A stretch of DNA of 64,000 nt, taken from contig CM082598.2 of NCBI GenBank assembly GCA_040954595.2, forward strand, positions 6,401,097 through 6,465,096, written 5' to 3'. A program made the position numbers and the translations under genes. Source of the stretch: Balanoglossus misakiensis. Its lineage: Eukaryota; Animalia; Hemichordata. Below the pieces are notes generated by a model. The model worked only from the letters and a program-made list of their open reading frames with translations, had not been told where the DNA came from and did not search any database. Positions 1 through 13,241 of the stretch are shown one piece after another. Position 1 is the first letter of the stretch, and each line of letters begins with the position of its first letter.

Positions 1-263
1 GACTTGCGTAATTCTTCACTTGTTGTTAAAATTATAAGTCTCAAGGACAAATATTGCTTGCATAATATACAACCTTACCTTTACATGTACCTTGCTTGTA
101 AATATATTGATAAAGATAATTTATTGCAGGTTAAAACATATGAAATGAAATTAAAACAATTAAAGCGGGCAATGAAGATTTTTTGTTGTTGTAATTTTCA
201 GAGAAAACACTTTGAAGAAGAAATCAGTGGTGTGTGGTGTCACATGACAGCCAACTTTAAGCT

Positions 264-1345
264 GTGACCAGTGAACAAGTAAATCTCGGTAGAACCCAGC
301 AATATAAGCGGCGCAGGCTGTCTCTTCAGTGTGCTGAACAAAATCATTCCTCCGTACCGGTGTGTTCTGTTCAAGGTCAAAGGTCATTCAAAGCTTCTAG
401 GGCTGCTTTCGATGGTCTTTGGCATACACTTATTACAACGGCTTCACCAAGTCAACTACAACCCGTTTTGTCTAATTCACCCAAATTGATTAATAGTGTT
501 CTTCCTACTGTTCTCAAACCATCAAGCAAAGATCTAGAGAATGATGAAAGTAATATGATTAGAAGTTTAAAATGTCTATATGTGAATGATGTTATGTCGA
601 AACAGAAATATGCTGCACTATTAAAGGAAAGCTGAGTTAGGTTTCAGAATGCAGAGAGAAAATCTGACAGGAACAACACACCTGCTTCTCAGCTCAATGC
701 GCAAACTGACTCTATACAAGAAAGTAACAACCTTTATTCAAAGCCTAGATATAGGTGAATTAATTCCATTTGTAGTTGAAGGCAAAGTTGTTGGTCGTAA
801 ACGCCCCTGAGGCCCACTCTTCTAAAATTAGCAGAGTTATACTATATAGTATTTGAAAATGGAGGAAAATAAGCAATGTGACCAGTGTTGGTTTGGGAAA
901 TGCAATTGTTTTCAAATTGCTTTGGGGTCAGATGGAGCTCCCTTTGGAAAGCATAATCAGGCCACAAGCTGGTTAATAAGCTCTCTCAATGTTACACACA
1001 AGCTTGCTATTCCAGATTATAATTTTTTACTACTTGGGGCAAACCTTAAAGAAGATGATGAGTACATGAGAAATTACGCCGAGAGCTGCAGCTCTGAATT
1101 ACAAGCCATTGTTACAGAGAAACAAAAGTTTTCCGTCGACCATTTGACATGAAAAGATTGGCCTTTGTTTTAAGAGAGCTTAGCAATGCCGTAAAGTATT
1201 TCTCCTCTTTTGCCAATGTTTCAACAGCAAACATGAATACACTGAATGCCTCAGTGGTCCAAATAGTAAATGGCAAAACTGGGATTATAGCAAATGAATT
1301 ATTGATGCAGCAGCTATCAGCAAAATGAAGAATACTCAAATACAA
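264..1345 (+). pseudogene. Decayed DDE-transposase-like ORF fragments (possibly Transib/RAG1/Chapaev-related)
   Basis: Broken frames: ORF 264-635, ORF 853-1152 (FQIALGSDGAPFGK...SWLISSLNV...NFLLLGAN) and, after a frameshift near 1143, FDMKRLAFVLRELSNAVKYFSSFANV. The 'xSDG' and 'DxK.L......L.....Y' spacing resembles the first two catalytic Asp motifs of RAG1/Transib-type transposases. No TIRs found. Confidence 0.4.
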
Positions 1346-1837
1346 TATTTAATGGTGTGATCAGAGTTCCAAAAGAGGGGCCACAGAAAAGAACTATCAC
1401 TGACACAGGATATATTCTACCCTTTAATTATGCATGAAACAATAAGTGTACTGGACAAAGAAGGTATAAGTCTTTCATTGTTAATAAAAATTATTCCCCC
1501 AACATTTGTAAACTCTCTCTGGATAAAGTGAATATTCCAAAAGCAGAAATGAGAATCAGAAGCTAAAGCAAATATTCTGATCAGTCTGACATAAAGCTGT
1601 ATAAATGTGACGCTAGGTGTATAGAAATGCGTCTATTTATTCATCTGTATTAGAGTGCATAAATGTGAATGCAAGATGTACATGACTTATTCACCTTTAT
1701 GAGAGTGCATGTCAGCAATTATACCAATTTATAGAGTTGCATAAAGATGAGTATCTTTATGCTGCATAAAGATGATTAATCATAATTATTTATACCAACT
1801 TTCAGCATTGCATAAACCATTGCATAAATCTTCCAGC

Positions 1838-1976
1838 CCCCCTCTCCAGGATATCATATGGTCCACCCCTTATGTGCGCCCTCACTGATGACAGTACAAG
1901 TCTTGGACCCCCTCTCCAGGATATCAAATGGTCCACCCCTTATATGCGCCCTCACTGATGGCAGTGCAAGTCTTGA
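1838..1976. repeat. ~70-bp tandem duplication (2 copies)
   Basis: cccctctccaggatatca(t/a)atggtccaccccttat...caagtcttg at ~1838 and ~1908. Confidence 0.85.
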
Positions 1977-3252
1977 TTCTGATTGGTTGATGCTCATCAT
2001 CACATGACTATAGTGGACTTTGAAAGAATAGAAAAACTTTGGGATGGTCTGACACTAGTGACAGAAGTGTTGCTGCTTGATGTATGTGAAGACTGTTCCG
2101 TCCTAGGCCCGTCTCTTCATTGCTCCAAGTTGTGCATGCAAGTCCTGCCATCCACAGCTTCTTTATGGTGAGTCCATATTTTATTACAGCCTTGTGTGAA
2201 CACAACATGAGAAACAGGAAGCCCTCTTGTGAAGGCATTATATACACAACACTTCAATCACATTGTCCGCTCGCACAGGTTGTAATCTCGACTACATTGT
2301 ACAATCTCGCAGCGCGGGTAATTGTGCCGATCAATTTGTATTTTAACAAAGGAAAACCATTGCTAATGTTTACACAGCAAACTAAATGGCAGGTTTGAAT
2401 GACACAATTATAAATGAGGACAGAAACAAAAAATATTGAATAGAAAATGCAATCATACAAATTGATCGGCACAATTACCCGTATATGCACAGTGTTCAGT
2501 GTTCATTGCTAGATGCACTGCTCACAATGGGTATGTTGTATTTGCGTGCTCACAAAGTTTCTTTGCGTGCAGTCAAATACACGCAGCACTGAACCTCAAA
2601 AGTTGTCATTTTCTGCAACAATTGAACCATAATATTTAATGCAAACAATTATGGAATAATTACATGTAATTAATTTGTAATTTTATTTTCTTTGGTGTTC
2701 ATTTGAAACCCAGTCATATTCTGTGCCACATAGAAACAAACTTTTAGCCTCATTTTACCATAAAGCTCCAGTCTATGTACATGTATTAGTCCCACCATGA
2801 ACAACATCCATAATCGCACGTATCTCTTCTTGTACGTGGAAGCGATTAGTTCTACTTTGGGCGTAACACCCTGACTGTTTTGTCGATGTCGCCGCTCGAT
2901 ACTGCACTGAAAAAAAACAACAAATCAACATGAATCGTTAAAGTTTAAACTTGGACCTACTATCCCTATGTATAGCTGAGTGCCAATTACTGTTAGCAAC
3001 AGTGTTATTTTGCGATGAATTTTGACTTAAGCAAGATGTCACTCAATGGAGTGGGTGTGACCATGGTGTTGTGATGTTATACACACACTAGTCAAATTTG
3101 TTCAGACACGTTCTTGTCTCACTTAAACGTCACTGTGTTTGGATGATACCAATTGGCGACAGTACGATCAGAGTTTTGGGGGGCCAGAGTGAAAGATACC
3201 TGTGTTCTCTCTGATAGCTTAGCCCCGAAGTTGCTATAGACTCCCCTCTTAA

Positions 3253-3983
3253 GGTGGCATTGCACGAAAACGTCAAGACTTTTTCAGAGGCCTATTTCTC
3301 ATCAAAGACAACGTTAAAACCCCTATGAACCATACATATTCTGGAAGCTGAATTTCTGAACGTTTGTTTGAATTGCACATTTTATTGACCCCTGGAAATG
3401 GTGGTGTTTTGGGTTAAAAAAAACGTTTTTTTTTGATATTATGTCATTCAATTGAAATTAGGTAAAAAAGTTGACCATGCATCATGCATCTTAATAGTCA
3501 TTCGAAACTAGAGTACACGTGCAAAAAAACGAAAATTTTGTTTTGTGCTATCTGCTTCCATTGAGGAGTAACATCGTTTGAAAGTTAGATTTTTAGAAAA
3601 TGTGATCACATTCACGCTGAGTTGTATTGAATCAGAGTTTATTCCCGCCAGGGACACTTTATCGACTAAATAAATTTTGTTTTGTTGGATAGGTCATACA
3701 CAATCCCCTGTTAAAATTTGAGCAAATTTGACCAACGCAGAGCGAAGCTAAATTCTTCTGAAGTTGTCAAAAGCGACTAAAATACAAACTGAGAAAAACG
3801 GCAATTTGCATTGTTGACACCTATTTCTTAAGCTGCGGACTCATTCAGGAAAGTGATATTTTTGGGTGATTATGTACCATTTCCACCAAAACGCATTTGT
3901 CAGAATATGGGTCAGTACTAGACCAATTTATGTGAAAAAAAGTACAATTTGGCAAAAATCACAACTTTTCATGCAATGCCACC
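3253..3983. mobile_element. Non-autonomous Kolobok-type DNA transposon (family K1, 731 bp)
   Basis: TIR ggtggcattgca...tgcaatgccacc with TTAA on both sides (3249-52, 3984-87). Empty site gactcccctcTTAAggatgtacg at ~9466. RR..YY termini plus TTAA TSD fit Kolobok rather than piggyBac. Confidence 0.8.
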
Positions 3984-4817
3984 TTAAGGATGTACGTGCA
4001 GAACGTAAACTTGTAAACTGTGCGAATTACTGTGCATTTGTCTTTTCCTATGAAGGATTTCATTGAGAATCGCCAGAAAACACTCACTTCTACTATTGTC
4101 ATTTTCACAAAATTATACACATATTCAGTCAAGAAATTCATTGGTCAAATAAAATCGTGTGGTCACTGCGCTCTATTTCGAGATAAACTTTGTTAGATGT
4201 TTTGCCTATAGACATCATTGGTAAAAAATGCTGACTCATTTTCTGATAAGGTCTACATCGCAAACAGCCTTGTATTTCAAAAACAAGTGCGGTGAACCCA
4301 TATTTTATCACAGATTTGTTTATGCTTATAAAGGAGAAACCAAAAATGTACGATTACGAGAAATAACAATACGTTCAACTTTACTGATCGTACACCCTTA
4401 ACACAAGTTTTTTTAAAGACAGGTATGGTAACAGGCTTTCGGCATCTTTGCTATTGTCAACGTTTTGCCATCTCTAAAGATCCTGAAAAAAATATTTTAG
4501 AATGGAATACCCTCGGAAACCACTTAAAATTGTGTGTGTTTATCTGTGTGATACCATGAGGAGATCGATGATATGGTCAGGGCATTATGGCCAAAGGTGA
4601 CCGTACCTGTCCTGATGATATGGTCAGGGCATTATGGCCAAAGGGGACCGTACCTGTCCTTTCTGATAAGGGCTACATCACAAACAAAGAGAAAATTATT
4701 TCGCATTATCTACATTTGACTGCATGGGGGAATTAAATTTCCAAGCTGTTTCCAATCCCAACATGAATATTCAGCATCTATATTCAAGTGTATTGTGACC
4801 TAAATTGGATATTGGCA

Positions 4818-5363
4818 ATTATATTATATCACGCTACCGTCCGCCATTCTGATTGGACGAGAGCGATGGTAAAATACTGTTTTACCACTGCTGGCAGAGG
4901 TAAAAAGGCCCCTGAACTAGCATGCAGTAAGGAAAATGTGCGGTTAAACCACAGTCGCGTGGGATAAAACCAAATAAATAACATAAAAACAATTGAATTT
5001 ACGAACGTTTTATTTTGGAACTACTCTGCTCTGAATATTTTGCACTTTTGTCACTTTTTGTCGTCTGCTTCATGTTTAATGCTCGATCCCAGGCTGCTCG
5101 TGTTTACATTCATCGTCGCCATGTTGGTTCACGATCGTAACTACTTTTTCTGGAGCTGTTTCGTTAAGAAAATGACCTGATATGCCAAAAAATCAATCGT
5201 TGATATAATATAATAGCAGTAACCCCCGCATAAGTCGGGTATACCGGTACGCTCGATTTGGGTAAAATTCGCTCCATATAGTGCTCGCCTAACGGCTCGT
5301 GATATATGTCTCGTATTGTACCAAAATCTTGTGTATATCCGCCTACGACGGGGGTTATTGCTT
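4818..5363. mobile_element. Small non-coding insertion with terminal hairpin and internal complement of both ends (Crypton-like, non-autonomous)
   Basis: Empty site ggcaattaaatacg at ~12298. The 5' end attatattatatc and the 3' end ggggttattgct are both complemented by the internal gatataatataat-agcagtaacccc (5202-5226). Confidence 0.65.
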
Positions 5364-6559
5364 AATTAAATACGACTAAAAGTTTATACCTTTATAGTTC
5401 ATCCCCAAGATTTCTCCAATACAATCCAATGAACTGTCTGGGTGCTGTCATACAGTATTATAGTCATTTAAATCCAAACCAGTTCTAAAACTCAAAGTCA
5501 AGATTGTTTACAATGTTTGTTACTCATGAACTTTGACCTCAAGTTGACACTTGTAGTAAATCAGTGGAGACAATCTGACCAAAAATTAATTTTCATTGCC
5601 TCATCCAGTCCATCCCTATGAAGCCTGCTTGTCCAGGCAATTAAACCATATACGTGAGCATTGTCATATTTTGAAGCAACAAGTTATAAGTCAAACTGGG
5701 TAACTGAAGAGTTATTTCTGTAGATAGATATAGTCCATTTTGACCTAGTTCTATCGACAAAGAAGATTGCTGGACAGACTTTAAAGCCGCCTTTGCTGTT
5801 TTGGCCAAGTTTTGCGTACTACTAAACTGTGCAAAGTTGTTTCTGTTCTGCTCGCGTCTTCTGTGCCCCAGCTCACATAGATGAGGTGCATTCGTGCCTG
5901 GGGAGTGATGGTTGCTGATAGTCTAAAGTTTGGGTTTCTAGGAAGGGTGCTAATTGCTCTGATTGACTCGATAACTCTACAGTTAATGTGGATTAATTAA
6001 ATCTTGACAGAATGAAGAAGGGACAATTATGAAGTCAAATTTGGCCCACAAATCTTCAGTTATGCGTTTTACTATTCATGAAAAAAATAACTTGACATTG
6101 CATTTGTAAGGTTTAAAGTAGTCATTTCTATGACATGAATGTTTCCAAAAGCTGACATGAAAACATGGAATGAGAATTGTACAGTATTTATAATTCCTTT
6201 GACATCGGCGGGCGCGGGTGAAGATACTTCCATCCCCGCCAAAGGAAATAAACCATTGCTAATGCTTTACGCAGCAGACTAAATGGCAGGTTTGAAGGAC
6301 ACAATTATAAAACAGAACAGAAACCTAAATATTGAATGGAAAATGCGATCATACAAATTGATCGGCACAATTATTGGTATACACACAGGGTTCTTTGCGT
6401 GCAGTCCAATACAGCACTGAACCTCAAAATTTGTAATTTGTTTGCAACAATGAAACCATAATATTTAATGCAAACAATTTATGGAATCATATCACATAAG
6501 TCATTTATATTTTCATTTTCTATGGTGTTGATTTGAAATCCAGTCAGTATCTCATTTTC

Positions 6560-8965
6560 TGAAACACTCAAATCTTTTATATTTTCTTCATTTTCGGAGT
6601 TCTGATGATGTATTATATACCCACTCTATGTGAAAAAAAAAAAAAAAAACGTTTTACTTGCGCCGCTTTTTTGGCAAGTTTTTTGCCCAAAAAGCCACTT
6701 TTCGAAAATCATTAAAAACAAACTGTTTGATTCTTATTTGGAGATTCTATGATGTGTGAAAAGTACATTTTATTTAAAATAGGTGTTGTTTCCAGAAATG
6801 CAGTCTTATTGACCTCAACCATGATGAAATCACCTTTTTGGCACAAAATTGTTATTTTTAAGAATATATTAATAGCATTCTCTTTTCTTCATTTTCGGTG
6901 ATCTTATTATACAAAAATAAGCCCATTCTATATTGAAACGTGGTTACTGTTTCAAAACAGAAGTCTAACTTCCCCTATTCAATAGAAAATTGTAATTTCG
7001 GCCACTTTTTTGGTCAAAAATGTCCATTAAAAACAAACATACTAAAGACAAATTGTTTTCTTCATATTCATAGATCTGATGATGTATGAAAAGTCCATTC
7101 TGTGTAAAATTATAGCAATAATGGACGACGCCCTGACCATTAACGTTTGTTTATGGGCAAGGGCGAGGGGAAAGCCAAAACATTCACGGGCGAGGCTTCC
7201 GAGCCCATGCATTTTGGCTTTTCTCGAGCCCGCGCCCATAAACAAACGTTAATGGTCAGGGCGGAGTCGGTTATTTCCATTATATTACCAACGAAATCAA
7301 GAAAACCGTCAAAATTTACGAAAATGTGCCACTAGGGGCCCCGTAACTTGTGTTACCCAAATGTTGCATTCACTGACCTGTTTGCTAATATTACTATTCA
7401 GATTTACAGGCATGTAAACAAACCATTACTGAGTATTTGTGGTCAGTGACGTCGTTCATCTCGACCAATTAAAATGCGACGCACAGGCCATGGTAATGTA
7501 ATTGGTGGCTATTCCCAAAACGGCAGTCTGGTTGGCCCACTCTAGTCAAAATTGCCTTTTTGGCTATTTGTAGCCAAAAATAGATATAGTCAAGAAAAAT
7601 TTATCCTTTTAGCCATTTTGTACCGAAAAAAATGTTTGTATTTGGAGTTTTTGCAAAATTAGCCCAAGTTGAACTCATAATGGTGATGAAACAGCGTCGA
7701 GAGAAAAAGAAGTTACAAAATGAACAAAACTCGCGTTGATGAATGTAAACACGCTGCCCGGGACCAAGCTCTTAACATGATACAGATGACAAAAGACAGG
7801 CATTGCACATTGCCCAAATATTCCCATACAGCAGTTCCAAATTAAAACTTCAAGGAATTTAAGTGTTTTTATTATATTTATTTCGTTTAAGCCTACATTT
7901 TCCCTGCTGCATGCTAGTTCAGGGGCCGGTTTTAGCAGTGCTCTATTGAGTATTCTAGCATCGTTTGATTGCATTCCTGTCCAATCAGAATGACGGAGGT
8001 ATCATATTATATTATAATATAATTTCTGATTTTGTATTCAGATTGAAAAGAATACATTTCAACAATCTCTCCCGAGCTGGCATATCTGGAAATAAATATT
8101 TCATACCATGCATAATCGACTTATAGTAGACAGTGTGTATACATGGATCGTCTTATTGTTGAGTTCAGTTTTTGGCTAAATGTGCCAAATTGTGGCAACT
8201 CTGTCTTTCAACATCATCAATTTAATTGATATTATATGGTTATGACGTTTTAAATATGCATATACAACATCAGAACTCAAAAGGAAAAAAACATCAATTA
8301 TATTTCTTTTCTGAAAATGACTATTGTTGACCAAAAGATGGCTAATTGGCAATTTTGTACTGAGCGGGGTGTCTCAATAAGACCGTTGTGCTGATATCAG
8401 CATATTTTTTTGCAAAAAAACGGAATTTCCATAATCACAAGAGCTCTGAATATGAAGAAATAAGTTTGTTTTTATTTTTTCTCACAGTTACCTTTTTGAG
8501 TAAAAAGGCCAAAATGTTACTTTTTCCCTCTGTGGGGTCAGTAAGAGTGGGTTTTTTAAATGTCACTACTTTCAAGATAGAATAGACTTTTATTTATCAT
8601 TAGATCACCATTGGGAAGAAAATGGCATATTTTTTAGTATTTTCTAGAAATGACACTTTTTGGGCAAAAACTTGTCAAAAAGGCGCTTTTATCTTGAGTG
8701 GCACCAATAAAACTGCTTTTTTTGGACATTTTTCACATAGAGTGGGCATATAATACATTATCAGATCTTCGAAAGTGAAGAAAATATGTAAGCTTTGGAT
8801 GTTTTCTAGAAATGACGTTTTGGGCAAAAAGTGTCAAAAATGGCAATTTTGTCTTGAGTAGGGTCAATAAGACTGCTATTTCTGGAATCAGCACCATTTT
8901 TTACATAGCATGGACTTCTCAAACCTTCCTTGCCAAAATTTCTGATTAACGGCACCTATCTCCTG
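6560..8965. mobile_element. Truncated, diverged copy of the long-TIR Academ-type element at 30094-34439
   Basis: Colinear with ~31220-33830 (e.g. ccaatcagaatgacggaggtatcat at 7981 and 32231); lacks the outer TIRs; interrupts an array unit. Confidence 0.75.
7111..7502. mobile_element. Second small hairpin/internal-complement insertion (Crypton-like)
   Basis: Long hairpin 7128-7263 (gccctgaccattaacgtttgtttatgggc...gcccataaacaaacgttaatggtcagggc). The internal attatattacca complements the 3' end tggtaatgtaat. Absent from the paralogous site at ~31750. Confidence 0.65.
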
Positions 8966-9538
8966 AACTACCAGTCTATGTACACATAGTAGTCCCACCA
9001 TGAACAACGTCTATAATCGCACGTATCTCTTCTTGTACGTGGAAGCGATTAGTTCCACTTTGGGCGTAACACCCTGAATGTTTTGTCGATGTCGCCGCTC
9101 GATACTGCACAGACAAAATCAATCAGCATGAATCGTTAAAGTTTAAGCTTCGACCTACATTCCTATGTATAGCTGAGTGCCAATTACTGTTAGCAACAAT
9201 GTTATTTTGCGATGATTTTTGAGTTAAGCAAGATGTCACTCAAAGGAGTGGGTGTGGCCATGGTATTGTGATGTTATACGCACATTGATCAAAGATGTCG
9301 GTTTGGTCTAAAAACACAATTTGTTCAGACACGTTCTTACTGCGTTTGGATGATACCCAATCTGATTAAAAGATACCAAGAGGCGACGGTACGATCTGAT
9401 TTTTTTTTGGCCTGATTGGAAGACACGCGTGTTCTCTCTGATAATTTAGCCCCAAAGTTGCTATAGACTCCCCTCTTAAGGATGTACGTGCAGAACGTTT
9501 GGATGATACCAAGAGGCGACTGTACGATCAGGGTGTTT

Positions 9539-9854
9539 TTTTTTGTTGTCTTTTATTGTAAAAAAAATAAGAAATTTCGTTCCAAAGAGAGAATAGCAAA
9601 TAGAAGTATTACAAAAATTTTACAAAAAGTAGATTACAGGCAAGTATAAATATAAATTGGTTACATAATATTGTGGACCTTATCAAAAATTTTTAACATG
9701 TCATCTCTTTTGTAAATTTCTTTTTCAAAATGATGTCTTAACATAAGCTCGTTCTTAAGAATTATTTCAATAGGTGTCTTTCTCTCTGTGACCCAATATT
9801 TGTGTATGCTCCATTTACCAAGAAGAATTAGCAGTTTTACAAAATTGTGGTACT
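9539..9854 (-). mobile_element. 5'-truncated L1/Tx1-clade LINE 3' end with poly(A) and 16-bp TSD
   Basis: TSD tacgatcagggtgttt at 9523-38 and 9855-70. The minus strand has AATAAA plus an A-tail and encodes NFVKLLILLGKWSIHKY...P...L.....EKEIY, typical of the L1/Tx1 ORF2 C-terminus. Confidence 0.85.
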
Positions 9855-9941
9855 TACGATCAGGGTGTTTATGGCCAGGGTGGAAGATACCTGTGTTCTC
9901 TCTGATAAAGTTGCTAAAGTTGCTATAGACTCCCCTCTTAA

Positions 9942-10372
9942 ACCCCGGTGCGGGGTATAAAAGACCCCCCAAATCAGTGGCGAATCTTAATGCCGTTTGA
10001 CTGACAGCAGACAACACCAACGATCTTCGCTCTATGAAAATCGGCCCAAACAGGTCCAAGCATAAAGAATTACACCACACAACGACAGTGGTTGGCTTTA
10101 TAAACACACACAACATAAAGTTATCGACGAAAAAGTACACGAGCAACGATGATTTTGGCAGAAATCTGGTTTCAGTGCTTTTCAGAAGCATCCCTGGGAA
10201 ACAATAACCACGCCTTTCAAACAGCTGTCAATCGCGTGGAAGTGTAAAGTGTTCAATTATTTTCTATGTACATGAGATCAATTACACAGTCATTATGCAC
10301 GACGACCACTCCCAAATAAACAACTATACAAACACACGTTAACCCGAACCCCGGTACTTTCCGCACCGGGGT
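9942..10372. mobile_element. TTAA-specific MITE (ACCCC termini, 431 bp)
   Basis: TIR accccggtgcgg...ccgcaccggggt with TTAA at 9938-41 and 10373-76; occupies the same array site as K1. Confidence 0.8.
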
Positions 10373-10770
10373 TTAAAGATGTACGTACAGAACATAAACT
10401 TGTAAACTGTGCAAATTAGTATGTGTTTGTCTTTTCCTATAAATGATTACATTGAGAATCGCTAGAAAAATTCACTTCTACTATTGTAATTTTCACGAAA
10501 TTATACACATAGTCAGTTAAGTAAAACTAAATTAAGTAGTCAAATAAAATAGTGTGGTCACTGCAATCTAATTGAGATAAACTTATAAACTTTGGTAAAT
10601 GTTTCGCCCATAGACAAACCATTTGTGAAAAATGCTGACTCATTCACAGTTTTAGCCCCAAAGTTGATATAGACTCCCTTCTTAAGGATGTACGTGCAGA
10701 ACGTTGGGATGATACCAAGATGCGACGGTACGATCAGGGTATTTATGGCCATAGTGGACTCCCTTCTTAA

Positions 10771-11553
10771 GGGACCGTTCACGGCCGGGGGGGGGGGGGG
10801 GTTGGCAAGTTTGTGTCATCGGTTTTCAAAATCAGGCCGAGCCCCCCTTCACCCAGGAGCAAAAAATGATGACCCCCCCCCTTTGACAGACCCAAAAATA
10901 TGATGACCCCCCCCCCACGCCGAAAATATTCGCCGTCCTGATCCTATTTTCACTGTATGCAATAAAGGGAATGAGGCTCCTCACACTTCAATTATAATTT
11001 CTTAAAGTAATTGAAGTATATAATAGTATATCGTTGCAATAAAGAAATATATGAACAATTGAAAATGACAAGTCAATACAATAGTTGCTAGACTTGGTAA
11101 AACAAGAAAAGTGGCGGGGGTGGGCGTGAAAATGTTGTGAAATACGGTGCTCAAGGTTGCATTTTAATGAACTCAAAAGCAAATTAACTCAACGTTAGGG
11201 AGGACAAATGTTAATTTTGCCACTCCACTCAAAGTAAGCATCGGGGTCGGGTGGGAAGAAGTCTGCCCTGGTACACTTGGCAAACCAGCGAATAAATGAA
11301 ATGTGGCGAAGACTGAAGGGGGTGGGTGTGGGAGTGTCCCCCTCCCATATTAGAAAATTTTGTGAAATAAAGGGCGCGAAACTGCAATTTTGTGGACTCA
11401 AAAGCAAAAGTTCGGTGGCAAAAGAATGTGACCCCCCCCCCCTTAAACTTTAAAAAAAAAAACAGATGACCCCCTCTTTTGGACTTCAACATTTAAGTGA
11501 CCCCCCCCCCCTTGGATTTTGCCGCCCCCCGGCCATAAAAACTGAACGGTCCC
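10771..11553. mobile_element. PIF/Harbinger-type MITE (783 bp)
   Basis: TIR gggaccgttca...tgaacggtccc with a 3-bp TAA TSD; empty site ctctcttaagtttgtac at ~34723. Confidence 0.85.
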
Positions 11554-13085
11554 TAAGTTTGTACGTGCAAAACGTAAAATTTTAAATGTTTGCACTTGTC
11601 TTTTTCCACAGGATTACATACATTAATAATTACTACAAAACTCACTTCTACTATAATTTTCACCCATTATATTTATAAACATAGGTCAGTTTAATATAAA
11701 ATATATTCAGTGGTCAATTTAAATTGTCACCACGCTCTATTTTGAGATAAACTTTGGTAAATGTTTTGCCCATAGAAAAACCATTGGTGATAAATGCTGA
11801 CTCATTCACAGCCTTGTATTTCAAAAACAAGCACGGTGAAACCTATATGTTATCACAGATTGTTTTATGCTTATAAAGAAGAAACCAAAAATGTACAATT
11901 AAAAGAAAAAACAATACTTTAAATTTTACTGATCGTACATCCTTAACACGATTTCTCAAAGAATGTTTGGTAACAGGCTTTCAGTATCTTTGCCATTGTC
12001 AACGTTTTGCCATCTCTAAAGATCATGAAAAAACTAATTTAGAATGGAGTACCCTCGGAAACATCTTAAAATTGTGTGTGTTTATCTGTGTGATACCATG
12101 AGGCGATCGATGATATGGTCAGGGCATTATGGCCACAGGGAACCGTACCTGTCCTTTCTGATAAGAGCTACATCACAAACAAAGAGAAAATTGTTTCTCA
12201 TTATCTACATTAGACTGCATGGGCGAATCAAATTTCCAATCCCAACATGAAAATTAAGCATCTATATTCAAGTGTATTGTGACCTAAATTGGATATTGGC
12301 AATTAAATACGACTAAAAGTTTATAGCTTTATAGTTCATCCCCGAGATTTCTCCAATATAATCCAATAAACCGAACTGTTTGGGTGCTGTCATACAGTAT
12401 TATAGTCATTTACATCCAAAACAGTTCTAAAACTCAAATTCAATATTGTTTACACTGTTTGTTGCTCATGAACTTTGACCTCAAGTTGAAACATGAAGTA
12501 AATCAGTGGAGACAATCTGACCGAAAATTAACCTCATTGCCTTATCCAGTTCATCCGTATGAAGCCTGCTTGTCCAGGCAAGAAAGCCATATATACCTGA
12601 GCATAGCCATATTTTGAAGCAACAAGCTTTATAGTCAAACAGGGTAATTGAAGAGATCTTTCTGTAGATAGATATAGTCCATTTTGACCTAGTTGTATCA
12701 AACAAAGAAATTTGCTTGACAGACTTGAAAACCGCCTGTGCTGTTTTGGCCAAGTTTTGCGTACTACTAAACTGTGCAAAGTTGTTTCTGTTCAGCTCGG
12801 GTCTTCGGTGCCCCAGCTCACATAGATGAGGTGCCTCCGTGCCTGGGGAGTGATGATTGCTGATAGTCTAAAGCTTGGGCTCCTGGGAAGGGTGCTAATT
12901 GCTCTGACTGACTCGATAACTCTACAATTAATGTGGATTAATTAAATATTGACAGAATGAAGAAGGGACAATTATGAAGTCAAATTAGGCCAACAAAACA
13001 TCAGTTATGTGTTTCACTATTTATGGAAAAAATAACTTGACATTGCTTTAGTACATGTAAAGTTTAAAATAGCCATTTCTATCAC

Positions 13086-13241
13086 TAGACTCTCTCACAG
13101 CCCATGGCTCGCTACAAGGCTTTTCACTGACGCGCCCAGAACCGTTTAGCAACGGAGAAGCCTCAAATGGTGTTGCGTAGCGAACCTTGCAATCAGACCA
13201 TAAGCCTGCATCGACTGCGAAGGGGGCTGTGAGAGAGTCAT
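13086..13241. mobile_element. AcademH-type MITE (~156 bp); further copies at 17049-17203, 20014-20169 and 28973-29128
   Basis: TIR tagactctctcacagccc...gggctgtgagagagtc with 9-bp TSD ttctatcac; empty site at ~6125. All copies sit at the same unit position, so they were amplified with the array. Confidence 0.75.

Noticed and set aside
9661-10191. 176-aa ORF as a gene
   Set aside because: It is a chimera reading through a MITE, array sequence and the LINE tail
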